DNA of 63,908 nucleotides, counting the filler, from Intoshia linei (taxonomy: Eukaryota; Animalia; Orthonectida): the NCBI GenBank assembly GCA_001642005.1. It is 4 parts of 4 records of this genome, joined end to end, with 100 filler letters (N's around TTAATTAATTAA, not from the genome) between each part and the next. Parts side by side here need not be neighbours in the genome. Positions count along the whole stretch, not along the records: positions 25,191 to 50,496 come from LWCA01000504.1; 3 more parts are not named here. One strand, given 5' to 3'. Position numbers and translations under genes: made by a program. Shown in pieces: positions 25,368 through 40,200 of the stretch. Within the stretch, counting starts at the first letter, position 1. Every line of letters starts with the position of its first letter. The notes below the pieces were generated by a model that saw nothing but the letters and a program-made list of their open reading frames with translations, made no database searches and had not been told where the DNA came from.

Positions 25368-26610
25368 AAATGATCATCAAAGCACGAAAAGACATTATCA
25401 GAAATAAAATTAGGGCTATAGGTAAAATGGCTAGAAGTTTTCAACTTTTGAGGTATATTTTATTACATTGTTATTGTATTAGCAAATATACACATTAATA
25501 CATATGTCCAAAATTTAAAAAATTAAGTTCAGGTTCGGAAAAAGTTGGGTAATTCGTCAAAAATAACAATACAAAAAAGTAATTAAATTAGATAAAATTG
25601 GCAGAGATGCTTACCATTTTAAGGATATTATACAAAAATGTTCTAAAAAAATTAAATTAGAACTTTTATTTAATGGAATGTTAATATGAGATATGCTAGT
25701 TATGATTTGAGTGGTCTTGAGGTGATAAACATGCTTGGCTATTTACTTTTTATCTTTAAATTTTAGTCTACCTCGTTTACTTTTTTTTATCGATGTTTAA
25801 ATTCTTATAATTTTATAAAAATTATCACTAAAAACAAAAAATTTGGCAGTTTTCCAAATACGCAGATTATAAAAAATACGTATTTATGGTCACACTACTT
25901 GATCCGTTCCTGGACCATAAAATTTCAAAAAACATACTTTAATTCACACCCTAATACACATATAATCAAAATCAGTGGTTTTGCAACCATTTATCATATA
26001 AGTGTCCACTTTTCGCTTAAATTTATATCACCATTTGCTCTTTAAATTAAAATTTTAATCTTAAATTATATTCAATTATGTATACGTTTAATGTAATATG
26101 CATTGTATAACAAACAATATATAATGTATATTATTAGGTATCATAAATGAAGTATTATTAAATTTCTTAACATTTTAATTTTAATTAGAGAAGAAAACGA
26201 AACTATACTTAGACTAAAAGGACTTACCCCAAGCGGTTCTTTACCTATAGGAATTCTATCTCAAGGGAAAGCCGGCTTACAAAGTGGTAATATTATTATA
26301 CTATGTATGCATTCTTTAATTTTGAAATTTTTATTTAAAATGACAATGATTTATTATTTAATGTTTGAAATGTCGTATTGTCGCCATAAGTCCATTTCGA
26401 TATATTAATGACATTCACCCGATCCGATTACTAGTTTTAGTGTTTTTACTATTAATTTAATCTTTCCATTTAGCAATGATTGGCATTGGAAATAACGATG
26501 TAAATTCTTTTGCTGAAGCCAAAAATTTAGACAAAATTAATGAACATATACCACCAAAACGAGTAAACCCGCCAACTAAATCAGACTCTAAGAAAATTAA
26601 TAAAACATAA
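25368..26610 (+). CDS. PPP3C: Calcineurin A catalytic subunit, last three exons only (5' part lost at the gap)
   Basis: ARKDIIRNKIRAIGKMARSFQLLR (calmodulin-binding), EENETILRLKGLTPSGSLPIGILSQG, SFAEAKNLDKINEHIPP (autoinhibitory domain), TAA at 26608-26610. Confidence 0.93.
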
Positions 26611-26853
26611 TAATGATCGCTCATTATCTGTATGTATTGTTATCAATTTTGAATAAAATTAATATATTGTTACTTTGCATCGACAATTTTGTAATTAACC
26701 ATCCGCGATAGTATCCCAATAATTGAAAACATGGTGAGATAAATTAGGATTTACTACAAATAGAGACGAAATTTTTACCAAGTTTAAAAAATATTATTAA
26801 TACGGTATTATGTATATGAAATTTACTATTGTTTATAATTTATTATTTTATAT

Positions 26854-27470
26854 TTACATTGTCAGAGTATGTTCAAGATTTTAGATATTGTAGCAAGGGC
26901 ATTTAAATAAATTTAACGTAGCATTTCTGAAACTTTTTCCCATCAGGCAAAAGACAATAAAATTTGTAGCTGAATTGAGAATAACCAAACTAAAATACAT
27001 AAAAATTAAATTTGCATATTTAAAAAATGTAACATCAAGGTATATAAATTGTACTTGTTGGCAATAAGCATAAAAATAATGTAGTTTTCTCCGTTTTCAT
27101 TATAAAGAGCATGTACCACATTGTTTATGGTAGCTGGAGTAACACACAAAATAAACAAGCATATTATTGTTTATGTTATTTTATTTATCCTTGAATTTCT
27201 TTTATAGTGTTTGCAACTTGTTGATTTAGAATTGGTATTCATTTTTGAATGGTTTTTTCTCAATGTGATTATAACTGATAATTGATTATGTTGAAATGTG
27301 ATATTACAAGGTTTATTATTAATATTGACAGCCACTTGTATCGTCAATATCAAAACGATAAACAAGAAATCTGACATTGTTATAGCTCTAAGTAGATAAA
27401 ATATTTTTGATTTTCTAAAAAATTTTAGCATAATAAAAATGCTGACAGCATTTCCAATAATTCAAAAATT
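26854..27470 (-). pseudogene. Deleted duplicate of the GPCR at 30593-32919
   Basis: High nucleotide similarity; FQHNQ joined directly to LSVIITLRKNH; premature stop (KIT*); retains the last intron; 5' end truncated. Confidence 0.9.
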
Positions 27471-27879
27471 TGCGATAATACAACAGTCTCGAAAAACTGT
27501 AATAGAAATATGGAATTTTTAAAACTAGACTCCTCTTACTTTCTTAAATAGACTGGAACAAGCAAATAAACAAACGGACGTACATTTTTAACTACATTAA
27601 TGTATTTTACTTTATATAAGTAAAAATATATACCAAAACTAACTATATTTAAAATTTTTATTTTATTTCGAAGGCTTCACAGCAACAGGCGACACTACAG
27701 TACAGTATTCTCTCTAAATATTGTTACTGTCTCAATAATTTTGTAAATTTGTTCAAATTTTATCAACATATTGACATATATGTGAGTAATTTAAATAATT
27801 TGCGTAATAACAATAATGTATAAAAAAATATAATCACTATATTTGAATAAAGTTCACTTTAACTTATAAATATAAAAAA

Positions 27880-30800
27880 ATGTCACGTGAAAATAATAAA
27901 TCTAGCCATCGAGTCGGTCCATTACGTCAATCAAACAAGACCCACAAAACTGGAAAGCACAGATCAAAATCACAAATAAAAGTCGGTGGAAAACAAACCT
28001 CGTCAATAAAAGTGAATAAATTTAAAAAACAATCCAAAAATTTGAAAAATATAAAAACATTAAAACGAATAGCAAAAAGTTATAAATTATTGGAAAACTA
28101 TAATAAAAATGGTTTCAGGAACGGTAAAATGATTAATCCACACCTAGTATGTGTAATTTCTCTGAATGCTGGAGATTCGTTTTTATGTGTACAAAAAATG
28201 TTGAATTTTAAAACATTGGTTCAAAATGAAAGAAATTTTTATATGGCTGATTTTAATTCATTTAAAAGAAAGTCTGGCATGTTTATTTGTACAGATTCTC
28301 GAAATTTAATGGATACACTTGATAAAACTAAAATATCGGATACTGTTTTGTTTGTTGTTGATGAAATTGATCGTATTAGTCAAAATAATCAATGTCTCTT
28401 GTCCATTATTTTTGCATGTGGTGTTAAGAATATTGTTTGGGCTTTTAAAGTATTTTATTTTAGTATATTTTTAATTAATTTTAAATTTAGAATGAAAAAT
28501 TATCCACTAGGGAAATTCGAAAATCTTGTTTATTTAAATGGTTACTTTTTTAAATTCAATGTGTAGCTGTTGTGTGTGTAAATAGGTCAATATTAAACCG
28601 AGAATTGGTGGAATTGGATAAATTTAAAATTTTTTATTATTTTTCTAAATACTTTTTTAATTTATATAGCAATTTTTGATCTTGGCTCCCGTTCTACCTT
28701 GACACCACTGATTAATTTTGGTTAAAATTAATCGAAAGCGTTTACCAAATACTCATTGTAGGCTCTATTGATACATTTTGAATGTTGACTTTCGCAATTA
28801 ATTTTTCCATTTAGGATCACTACAAACAAAATATTTAGTATTCATTCTAATGAACAATGTCAAATTTTATTACGTTCAATATTCAATAAAATTTGTTCAA
28901 ATAAAACTCATTTCGAAAACGATCGTGGATTTTTATTTATTGAGCATTATGAAATTTTGCATGATGTAATTATTAATTATTATTTTGAAGTTTTAAATTA
29001 CTATATTGTATATTTAAATTTTAATTCGTGTTTAGTCTATCAAAGTGTGTGGTTTTGTTAAAGGCAATACTATTGATGCAAATTCTTTAATGTATATTCC
29101 AAATGTTGGGACATTTCAAATTAATAAAATTGAATCTATTGTCAATTCTGAAAAAACTAAATCCTTGTTTGATAAATTAGTTTATTTTTAGTTATATTTT
29201 TTTATTAATTATTTTAGGAAAACCATGTCGCATCCATTCCTTCTTTAATACAACAATCTTTACCAAACCATGAATATTCAAGAATCGAAATTGAAGACGA
29301 TCAAGATGAAAGTGAGATGAAAAAAATCAGTAACTTTTTAATGATTTAAGCTAGGGTGAGATTTATCTTTTTACAAATCTCTCGTATAGTCTATAACTAT
29401 CAAATTTATGATAAGTTTCCCAATTTTGTTATATTAAAAAAGGCAAACATTCAGTTGTGCGCTATTCATTTAAGCGATATAATCATCGATTTTGTTAATT
29501 TTACTTCAACTTAATTAATCATATTTATTTTTGTGATTTCTTTAATGACAATGACCAAAATTTTGTAGTGTTTTTAAGGGAATTTTTAGGGAAGTTGAAG
29601 GTAATAGTATTTTTTTACCCAATTTTTAAAGATTTTATAGATAATTTAGAGACCAAAATTTTTTAGGGTTTTAAGAAAAGTTTTTTTCACCCAATTTATA
29701 TGATTTTGAAGTTAATTTGGAACCAAAATTTTGTAGAGTATTTAATGGAAGTTTTTTTTACCCAATTTTTAAAGATTTAGAACACAATTGTGTAGGGTTT
29801 ATAAGGTAAAATTATTTTTTTTATTCAATTATTAAAGATTTTGAAGTTAATTTGGAACCAAAATTTTGAATATTTTAATTTTAAATACAAAAAAATAAAT
29901 AAATTTTTTTTGTATAATAAAGTTTTTTATTTTGGATGCAAATTTGCATTAGTTTTGTTTTATTGTCAAAATTTTGTAGGGTTTAAAGGGAAGTTTTTTT
30001 TGCCCAATTTTAAAAATTTTAATTAACAATTATTATTGTAAATTAAATTATTATTAGATATTGAGAAATTTTCCAACATTTAAATAATTATTATTAATTA
30101 CTTATTAATAAATAAAAATATTAGGATGATCATGATTGTAGGCGCGGGCCATATACCCCTAGCCTCCACAGCCCTGCCACACATAACCTTAAAAATTATC
30201 AGATTAACTGATATAAAATATTTCAATTGATTATGTTAAGATTTTATATGAATAGATAACATCTATAAATTTTATTCCATTCTTTATAATTGACGTTTTA
30301 TTTGTAGAAAATTTTGAAAACAGACACAAACAATTGAATATCCCGAAAGGATCAAATGAATATCAAGCCAGTTGGTTTGAATACGAAAATGAAAATTCTG
30401 ATGGAATTGAATCCGACGATTCCCAATATAGCAATCAAGCAGTAATTTATATTAATTATCTAAAATAGTTAGCAGTCTCAAAATTATTATCCCCCATGTT
30501 GATAACATGGTGGGATAAATTATGTTTACCACAGATTGAGAAGAAACTTTTAACATTTTTATAAATATTTCTGATAATTTATTATTTTATATTCACATTT
30601 TCAGAGTATGTTGAAGAGTTTGGGTTTTGTAGCAATGGCATTTAAATACCTTTAACATAGCATTTCTAAAACTTTTTCCCATCAGGCAAAAGACAATAAA
30701 ATTTGTAGCTGAATTGAGAATAACCAAACTAAAATACATAAACATTAAATATGTATATTTAAAATGTATAATATAAAAAGTACTTGTTGGCAATAAGCAT

Positions 30801-33800
30801 AAAAATAATGTAGTTTTCTCCATTTTCATTATACAGAGCATGTACCACATTGCTTATGGTAGCTGGAGTGGCACACAAAATAAACAAGAATATTATGGTT
30901 AAAGTTATTTTATTTATCCTTGAATTTCTTTTATAGTGTTTGCAACTTGTTGATTTAGAATTGGTATTCATTTTTAAATGGTTTTTTCTCAATGTGATTA
31001 TAACTGATAATGTGAAATACAATATAAAACCTACTGGTATGATGAACATAAACACCAAGTAAAACCCAAAGCTGTATACGTCGTTGTAAAATGTACTTTG
31101 ACTAAAATCTGTTTTTGCGAGGTGATCATTTTCAATTTTAAATTCAAAATATCTCGGAATATTGTACAAACTACACAAAAGTATGCATGAAAATACATAT
31201 TTTTGAATTAAGCTCATTCGACAATATTTGTGTGTTTTTAGTGGATGACAAATTGCTATAAACCGTTCATACGTTATTCCTATTGTAAAATATACTGTCG
31301 TCATTTGACTTGTCATTAGTATTGGCCACATATTTTCTAAATACAAATGTATGTGTATTTTTATTACAAGTCAAAATATGGATTTAGAGCCGCCATATAG
31401 CGAAACGTACTCAAAGAGTTCGTCTGTATGAATCTGTCCTATACATATGATGTGTAGATTTTAGATTTAAAAAATATAATATATATTTATGATGTAATTA
31501 TTTAACTGATAATTACAATTATAACAATCAAATTTAATCAATAGATTAATATTATTTACTTATGTTAATATTTTCTTTATTTTTAGTGATTTGTAGCATG
31601 ATTTTTAAATGTTATGTTTATGTATTTTATAAATTACATATAATGATAATTTTACTTATAATTTGAACTCAATGTTAATTTACTGTTTTATCATATAATA
31701 ATTAAAATATGAATGAATATTCAATAAAATTAGTAAAAATTTTTTCCATTGTGTATATAATATAATATAACTAGGTTGACTGTTATGTACTACGTACAAA
31801 CAGGACCTAGCTCTGCAGAGGGTACATTTTTATTATACTTAAAAAATAAATTCACGTTGAAAATTCAATTTAACAATCCTACTATTCACTATTATCAATC
31901 CTTTAAAAGAGTGGTTCCCAACTTTGTTTCAGATTGAATTAATATTTAATATTATATTAATATAGAATTAAGTACTTGGAAAAAGGAATTTTTCTTTGCT
32001 AAAATTTGGTGTTTGATATTGTGGTGTGATTAAGAGTTTTTTTGCATAAAGTTTGGTAAAATGGAAGTTCTCAAAAAAATGTCGGAAAAGAGATTTTACC
32101 TTAAATTAAGGCTTAAGGGTTGGTAAAATTGGATTTATTATTTTGGGGTTGGATGACAAGGTTTTTTGTAAATTCGTAAATAAGGGGCTATACAAAGTAT
32201 TTTTTATTAAATATTATTGAATTTTATTAATGGTTGGATAAAATTGAGATTTTTAAAATATTAATTTAGTGTCGTATAGGCTTTTGATAAAAATTCAACA
32301 TCTAACAACTTTGCAAATACTGTATATTACAAAAACATTAAACAAATAGTTTATTTTTGCTAGTAATAAAACCAGAAATGCTTGTAACACTTTGCTTTTT
32401 TCATTTCCTGGTAGGAACCAATCCTATATTAAGTGGTGAGCCCATCTCGTTTTATATTATAAATTGGTCATGATTATCTGAAATATTTTAAAAATACTTA
32501 CTTTGCATATATAATGGATACCAATTGATAACTTGTTCAGATACTTTTTTTTGGTTCACATGTGGTCGTTTATCATTTGTGGCTTTTCTGTTTCGTAATG
32601 GATGCATGTCTTTATTTAAATGAGCACTCTGTAAAGAATTTAATGTATTGTTTAAAATTCTGGCTGAATTTTGATTATGTTGAAATTTGATATTACAAGG
32701 TTTATTATTTATATTGACAGCCACCTGTATCGTCAATATTAAAACGAGAAACAAGAAATCTGACATTGTTAGAGCTCTAAGTAGATAAAATATTTTGGAT
32801 TTTCTGAAAAATTTTAGCATAATGAAAATGCTGACAGCATTTCCAATAATTCCGAAAATGCACAGAAATAATGCCAAGTACACCCCAATATATTGCTGCA
32901 CTATATGTTGATAGCACATGTATTTGTGTATAAATAAAATATATTCATATAATATGTATAAATCAAAATTTGCAATTACTAGCGTTTATGAGTGAATATT
33001 GATTTATAATTTTTACTTTTAATTATTACATTGTTTAATGAAATGTATATTAAGATTATAGATGATGGTGAATTGAATTGAATATGCCTTGTATGAATTA
33101 TTAATTTATCAATTTTGATTATTTTATTTTCTTTAAATAACTTAAAATTTTATTAGTTAAAATTAATGTTTTCACTAATTCAATAATATCTGTTTTTAGT
33201 AATTATTTATATTTTAGCGATTTATCGATTCGAAGAACTTGAATGGTATTATATTTTTATAATTTAAATTTATTTTTTATAGTGGATAATGTTACTAAAA
33301 AGTGTACCCAATTACATGAGACGGGTGAATTAAGTTTTAGCGATATGTAATGTTCCATTTTATTTTTATGATGATTGTTTAGTGTATCAGAGTATAGAAA
33401 TTTTCCTGATCAAGTACAAGTACCCAGGAATATGCCCGCATATAAGCGTTTTATCAAGTAATCTTATTATAATTATTATTATGTATGATATCTTTTAATA
33501 TTTAAAATAAAATTTATTTTCAATATTTGAATCAAATAGGTATAAAGCATGGAATAACAAGGAAAAGGATAGTTGGAAACGAGAAGAAGGTGTTCCGTCT
33601 AATTTTACTGAATTGTATCATTTTACGGACATTTCTAGAGCTCGAAAACGTCTCTTTTCAAGTCAAACACGCGGTGCACAGGTATTGTAATTATATTGAT
33701 TAATTTTACATTTAATGTTGATAATTCTCTATTTTAATTAATTTTATCTATTATACATTAGAATGGCTGGTATGTCATTATCACTTTAAATTTACACAAA

Positions 33801-35489
33801 GAAATCGATCGAAATGGTAAACATTGTAGTGCATTAAATTTTTATTTTTTTTTAAGATTTTATTTCAAAAATGAAAAAATCAATTGTTATATATTCTCTT
33901 TTGGAATATGAAAATAAAATGTCAATTGTTAATTTTGATCTGAAAATGCATGAAAGTTGTTCTGTTGACCTTAAATCTAAAGATGAATTCCTATTTTTGG
34001 CTGGAGTGAAAAGATTCGTTTGTCGTCCCATTTTTTCTGAAAATGGTGATACTTCTAAACATGCCTTTAAGGTGAATGTTTTTATATGACACATTATCAA
34101 TACTTTTAAAATTAAATGTAGTAATTAAAATCACATTTATTTATCCATTAGTAATATGACTCTTAATCTTCTTAATTAGTATCAAAAATTTGCGCCTATC
34201 AAGAAATCGTTTGTTGCTACAACTTATTGTCCTGTCATGTTTTCAAGCGGTCCAATGCCTATTATTGTTTTTAAAATTGTTAAAGGTAATTTATAATGAC
34301 ATGTCTAATTTATATATACATCATTGCTACATGTAATATATGATAGTTCTTAAATGTAATTTTACGCTTTTGTGATCAGTTGTGTATATATCGATTTCTT
34401 CCAATCAAACTTTGAGAGGGATGTTAGTTTTATTTATAGGTCGTTTATTAAATTTTATTCGACAGATCTATGCATTAAAGAAAGGAGATTATATGTATAT
34501 TTTTTTATTTCTCATTCATCATTTTTTTCGAAATTAAGAAAGGTAAAGGTGACATGATAATTAATATGCATTTAGGTATATGTGAATTGGTAGCAATTGG
34601 AACGCAATTAAGCGTTGATCCACATAGAATATGCTTGAAAAAAGCAACTCTTACAGGGCATCCCTACAAAATTAATAGAAAGCATGCAGTCATCAGACGA
34701 ATGTTTTTTAATCGAGGTTATTAATACATTACTTTCTTAATTTTGACAACTAGATGATATTGAATGGTTCAAACATGTTGAATTGACTTCGAGGTTGGGA
34801 AGAAAGGGAATGATTCGAGAACCTATCGGTATTCATTTATTTTTTTGATGCAAATGTCAAGTAAACTACATTTGAGGTATTAATAATATGCGTGATAATG
34901 CCTACATTGTGTATTTTTATTGGTAACAAATTTTTCATAGAAATTTCAATCTTATATTTCGAAACTTTGTTTCTATGACCCCCTTGAAAGTTTGGTTCAA
35001 AAAAAAATCTTAAAAGCCTTCCTTGAAAGTTTGGTCCAAAAAAATTTCCTAAAACCCCCCTTAAGAGTTTGGTCCAAAAAAATATTACTGCTAAATTTAA
35101 AAAATAATACTGTCAATTTGTGTTAAATGTTACTGCCACTTTTATAAATCTACTGCTTATTTTATTATTTTTACTGCTACTTTAAGAAAATTAACTGCTA
35201 GTTTAAATTAAACTGATAAATAATTAATACGTATTGTATTCATGCATGTATATCTGATGATATGGACCACTTTTAATAATTATTTCATATATATAACATA
35301 TTGATAAATTATTAATGATGATTAGGTACTCATGGCCATATGAAATGCACATTTGATGAACAGTTGGCTTCAAATGATGTGGTTTATTTAAATATTTATA
35401 AAAGACAATTTCCAAAATGGGATTATACAGAAACTGTACCACTTATTACCTGTTATAGATATGGGAATTCTAATGATTCTCATTTGTAA
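27880..35489 (+). CDS. TSR1: Pre-rRNA-processing protein TSR1 (multi-exon)
   Basis: HRVGPLRQSNKTHKTGKHRSK; PKGSNEYQASW; FPDQVQVPRNMPAYKRF; LLEYENKMSIVNF..LKSKDEFLFLAGVKRFVCRPIFS; LTGHPYKINRKHAVIRRMFFNR; GTHGHMKCTFD..YKRQFPKW. Confidence 0.95.
29540..30010. repeat. Degenerate ~60-65 bp tandem repeat in a TSR1 intron
   Basis: Unit like tttttacccaatttttaaagattttgaagttaatttggaaccaaaattttgtagggtttt repeated several times; related arrays at ~44130-44350 and shorter-unit arrays at ~34975-35080 and ~42220-42390. Confidence 0.7.
30593..32919 (-). CDS. Class A peptide GPCR, FMRFamide-receptor-like; 3 exons (32919-32502, 31336-30784, 30728-30593; 368 aa)
   Basis: GT-AG splicing restores one frame: GIIGNAVSI (TM1), LRALTMSDFLFL (TM2), WPILMTSQMTTVYFTIGITYERFIAICHPL (TM3), YNIPRYFE, FIIP, FILCATP, NNLVILNSATNFIVFC (TM7). 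Confidence 0.88.
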
Positions 35490-35901
35490 AAATTTGTAAT
35501 TATATTAAAAGATTTATATTTCATTTTTTGTAATTTATTGACTATTAATTTTATTCTACATTACAGATATTAAATTTAATCTCATTCATTGTGTATTTGT
35601 AAAGAAATGAAATTTATTGTATGACAGTGATCACTAAAATGGTCCCCTGTTGATACGGTGACCGGTAATAGACAGATCAAAAGGATCGGTGGTTCTCAAC
35701 CTTTTTTTGACGGTGAACCACTTGTAAAATAAAAAATGTGCGGTACCGTCATAGGCTATGGTGTATAACAGGTTATTAGGCTAACAATGAAAAAAGAGTT
35801 GTTTTGATCTTGATAAAAAATCTTTATAACCCAAGATCATAAATTTATTTACATTTTATTAAAAATTATATAATTTTAATATTATATATAATTTAATTGT
35901 A

Positions 35902-36832
35902 CAGTACGGTGCAAATGTTTTAAGCATGTATATTCAAATTTTCTAATTAAACAATAAATTATCTTAAATATTGACATTATCAATAGATAAAAATTCTGCT
36001 TATTCAAAATTTTATTCTGATCAATATCCATATTATATGTCAGAAGACCAAAAAATTTTAAATTCAATTCAAAATATATCACTCCTACCGTTAAGTTTTC
36101 AGCTTCAATTATGTAATGTGCTGGTATTCGATATAATGGTAGCAGATTTATCATTAAAGTGAATGGTAACATGAATTCTGCTGAATACCAAAGGGTAATG
36201 TTGGAAGCTCTACCAATTCTGTACACTCATGGATATATGTTACAACAAGATGGGGCTAGCTGTCATACTTCTCGAAGCACTACTCTACTTTTTGAAACGC
36301 AATCTATTGATTTGTTACCAAATTGGCCGGCAAAAAGTCCTGATCTCAATATAATTGAACATTACTGGGCAGACCTGAAGGCAAGGTTTAAATTAAGGGC
36401 TTCAAAAACAATAGACGAGCTTTGGGTTGTTACTAAAGAAGAGTTTTATAAAATTGAAGATATCCGAATTAAAAATTTGTATGATTCGTTGTCTAATAGG
36501 ATTGGCTTTGTTATTAAGAGCAAGGACGGACCTACAAAATATTACATCAATTATGTATGTTTGTTTTTTTAATTTAATCAACTTTAAATTTATTTTTAAA
36601 AGGTTTTAAAATAGGTGCTCAAAACATATGCACGACCATATTTTTTTTAAAAATGTATTTATATCTGTAAGATTTGATTTTGACAACCGATTCATAAAAT
36701 TTAAATTGGATATTGATCAGCGTTATATTAATAATCAAACATTTTTTCTATTTGTGATGTCTATATTTAAGATACTTTATTGTTAAATTAGAAAATTTGG
36801 ATATACATGTTTAAAACATTTGCACGGTACTG
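35902..36832 (+). mobile_element. Internally deleted Tc1 element
   Basis: TA-flanked TIRs of roughly 100 bp (cagtacggtgcaaatgtttt...); ORF 36159-36572 with QQDGASCHTS..WPAKSPDLNIIEHYW; appears nested in a hAT MITE (~35687-37011). Confidence 0.9.
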
Positions 36833-37247
36833 TATATTGAATTTATACATGTATAAAAATATAAATTACAATTTAAAAATTTTAATTTTAAAATAATTTA
36901 TCTTTTTTACAATATAAAGACATACTGTTAATCTTACTTACAATTTTAATTTATCAAAATGGCCAATACTCTACTTTGAATGACGCAATGCGCCATAGGT
37001 TGGGCACCCTGGTCTATTCAGTAAAATATATATTTTTTCGCGCTGAACATTTTCATAAACCCTGATATTACATTTAAATGTTGATGTAATGTATCGAATC
37101 ACAAAAGTTAGATAACAGCGTTGACTTACAAAGATGAAACAGTACGTAATACACTAATATAGTACTAATTATTAATTATTATTATCATCAGTAAATATAT
37201 TATTTACTGATGGAGTTGCAATAAAGTTTAAAAAATTTGAACAAATA

Positions 37248-40200
37248 ATGGAAAATGCAATAAAATTGGGAAAATCATATTACGAGTAAAATAACGTTAA
37301 AACAATTAACCCAATTCTAGGAATCGTATTTTGTACAAATATCCCTTACTCATAGATTTCAGTAAATACAGAGTAGTATTATCTCCGAATGGTGGCTGTT
37401 TGGGTTGAACCTTTAATTTATATTATAAATTTTTGTTAGCTTTTATCTATAAAGATTTTTTTGTTTATGATAATGACAGCAAAAAGATGCCTGTCAAAAT
37501 ACGAGTGGCTACAGCTTCTCTAAAGCTTATTTCCTGTTTTACAGTAATATTGTGTCATTATACTCTTATCTACATTTGTATATTTTTTTTACTTTTATGT
37601 ACTTATTCCTTATCAGTAAATGAAAAATGTCAATTTCACTCTAGATTAAATGTAAATTTATTATTTATTTTAGATTAATACTTACCAATTAGTAGATTTT
37701 GGGTTTACTCTAAATGAAACATTACTGTTAATTCAAAAAGATGGTGCCGTTTTAACATTTTCCGTTCATGGTACCATGTTACACAATTTTACATTTGGAT
37801 CTGTAATATTTCATTTTTATATATATTTTAAATGTACATTTTTAGATTGTAGAAAATGAAATTATTGATGAATGCAAAATTACCTATTTTGGTAATAAAT
37901 GTAATATTGGAGTAATAACTATGAAAAAATCAATTTTGTATTGTGAAGATGTTGAAAATATAAGAATTCATCGGTTTTTAGCAGCCAAACGTAAGTTTCA
38001 CTTACATTCATTACTTTTAATAATAATGAAAATATACAATTAATATTGGTACTATCCTTGCCTGGTATTTATTTATGACTGAGACATTAAAATGTTTCTG
38101 GTATCAAATTTCTATATACAGGGCCGAGTCGACAGACAGTCGAGGTGCCCAGAAAATAAAAATAGACTATTAAAATTTCTAAATCAAAAAAAATAAAAAT
38201 TTTTCAATGCGTAATGCCATATATCCCTATCTTCATGGTCTGAACTTGACAGTTTACACTTGATACACAAAAAAGTTATCATATCCAAGAATATCATTTT
38301 TTTAATTTTAATTACTCAATTTTACAAAACTTTTGTCGGCCGACCACCCCTGAAGCTGTCTTGGTATGGAAGATTCCGCTCAGTCTATGTAGCGACAATA
38401 GTTACAAATTGTATGTATCAAAATATTACAAATTTTGTTTATTTTTGATACTTTGTTTAACATTTCAAAATAGGAGCAGTAGAAAAATGTGTTCAATGGA
38501 TAGCATTTAGATATAATAATCAACAATTAATTGCCGTGTATGCCCAAAATAATGAAATTTATAGATTGGATTCCATTAGCACGACGCCAGAACTGATTGT
38601 TTGTTGATTTGTATGTATTTTTAAATGTATTATTAGGAAGTTGATTTTAAAAATACCAGCATTGTATCATTAAAAATATCAAATGATCAAACTCTAACCG
38701 TCGTTTATTCAATAGATTGTAATTTATGGATATTGTCAGCTGATTTTAAAGTAATACCTCAATTTTAATTATTTAAGACACATTTTGTTAAATCGTTCCA
38801 ATGACTTGTTATTATTATTTAAAATTTCTCATTTTTTATTTTAAATTTAACTTTAATTCTGACTATTATAGATAATGACTATAATCTTAAAAACAATCCA
38901 ATTATGTTTACCTTACTAAAAAATCACCATAAATAATATGAATTCAAGTATAAATAAAAATTAAAGTACTTGTAGTATATACTTTTTCTTCTATCATGAT
39001 TTGTTCTGATTTAAGTTACGATAATATTCAATACTTTTCTTATTAAAAATCCGACATTATAGAAATATTGTAATAATTACTTCTTATACTTTTTTTATTG
39101 AGCAATCAATACTGTCAAAAATCTGTGGTTATTTATTATGGGTTGATTAAGTTTTATTTTTAACCAAACATTAATCAAATTTTTATTAAATCATATTTAT
39201 ACGAGGATACACTCAAAAAATGTTTTTGTACATTATAATACATACATTAATATTTGTTTAGACGCATTACAAAACTATTCCATTAAAAGAAGAAAGTCTT
39301 CCAATTGATTTTGTTTGGTAAAAAAATTGAAATTTTTTTTATTTTTGAACACAGCCAAAATCCTTACATATAGAATTAAATGTTATTTTGAGTGTAATAT
39401 ATTATGTCAAAATCAAATTATAAGACAGTTTTTTCAATGAATATTTTATCATAAATTATAATCTCCTAAATTTGAATCTTTATGACCAAAAACGCATATT
39501 TACCTATATACAGTGGAATCTCGATCATACATACAGTCAATTATACATACAGTAAAATTTTAAATTTAACTTTAGTACATATAGATAATCAAAACTTAAA
39601 ATTACATTTTAAGTTTAGATAATTCTGTTGAAATAAGAATTAGTATTTTTAATATATTATTTTAACTAAATAATAATGAAATTTTATTTTAAAACTTAAC
39701 TGAGTCTAAATATTAATATTCCCTGATCCGAGTGTGTTGTGCTACGTACAAACAACATCTATTTGTATGTATACAACAGGGTTCTCAACCTTTTTTGAGA
39801 AGGGCCAGATTTATCAATATAAAATAAGTTAGGACCATCGAGGACAACAATTTTTATTTTATTGATTGAAAATTTATAAAATGGTAGTTGACAATTAATG
39901 AGAATTGATTTTTGGGGTTAATAATTGAAATATCGGTAAATTCAAATTATTAAAAGTATTCGGCAGACCACGAAAAATATAAAAAAGGCCACATTTGAGA
40001 ATCACTGATATACAGTAATCGATGATGGAATAATAATTTATACAATAAGAATAAAAAAAATATAATTTATTCATATTTACATTTAAACTACAATTTTTGT
40101 ATATAATTGTTTTTTTTCAAGTAACAATTTTTTATAATCTATTAAACATTTTAATTTACAATCCATATCAAGTTTACTGGATGACTGAATCAAGGATTCC

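Noticed and set aside
25368-26610. Stand-alone calcineurin regulatory tail without a catalytic domain
   Set aside because: Begins right after a gap; the missing exons are most simply explained by the assembly break.
29540-30010. Repeat arrays as CRISPR-like structures
   Set aside because: Degenerate tandem units without unique spacers, in eukaryotic introns, with no cas genes.
30593-31346. GPCR apparently frameshifted and split into three ORFs
   Set aside because: Two canonical GT-AG introns restore a single reading frame.
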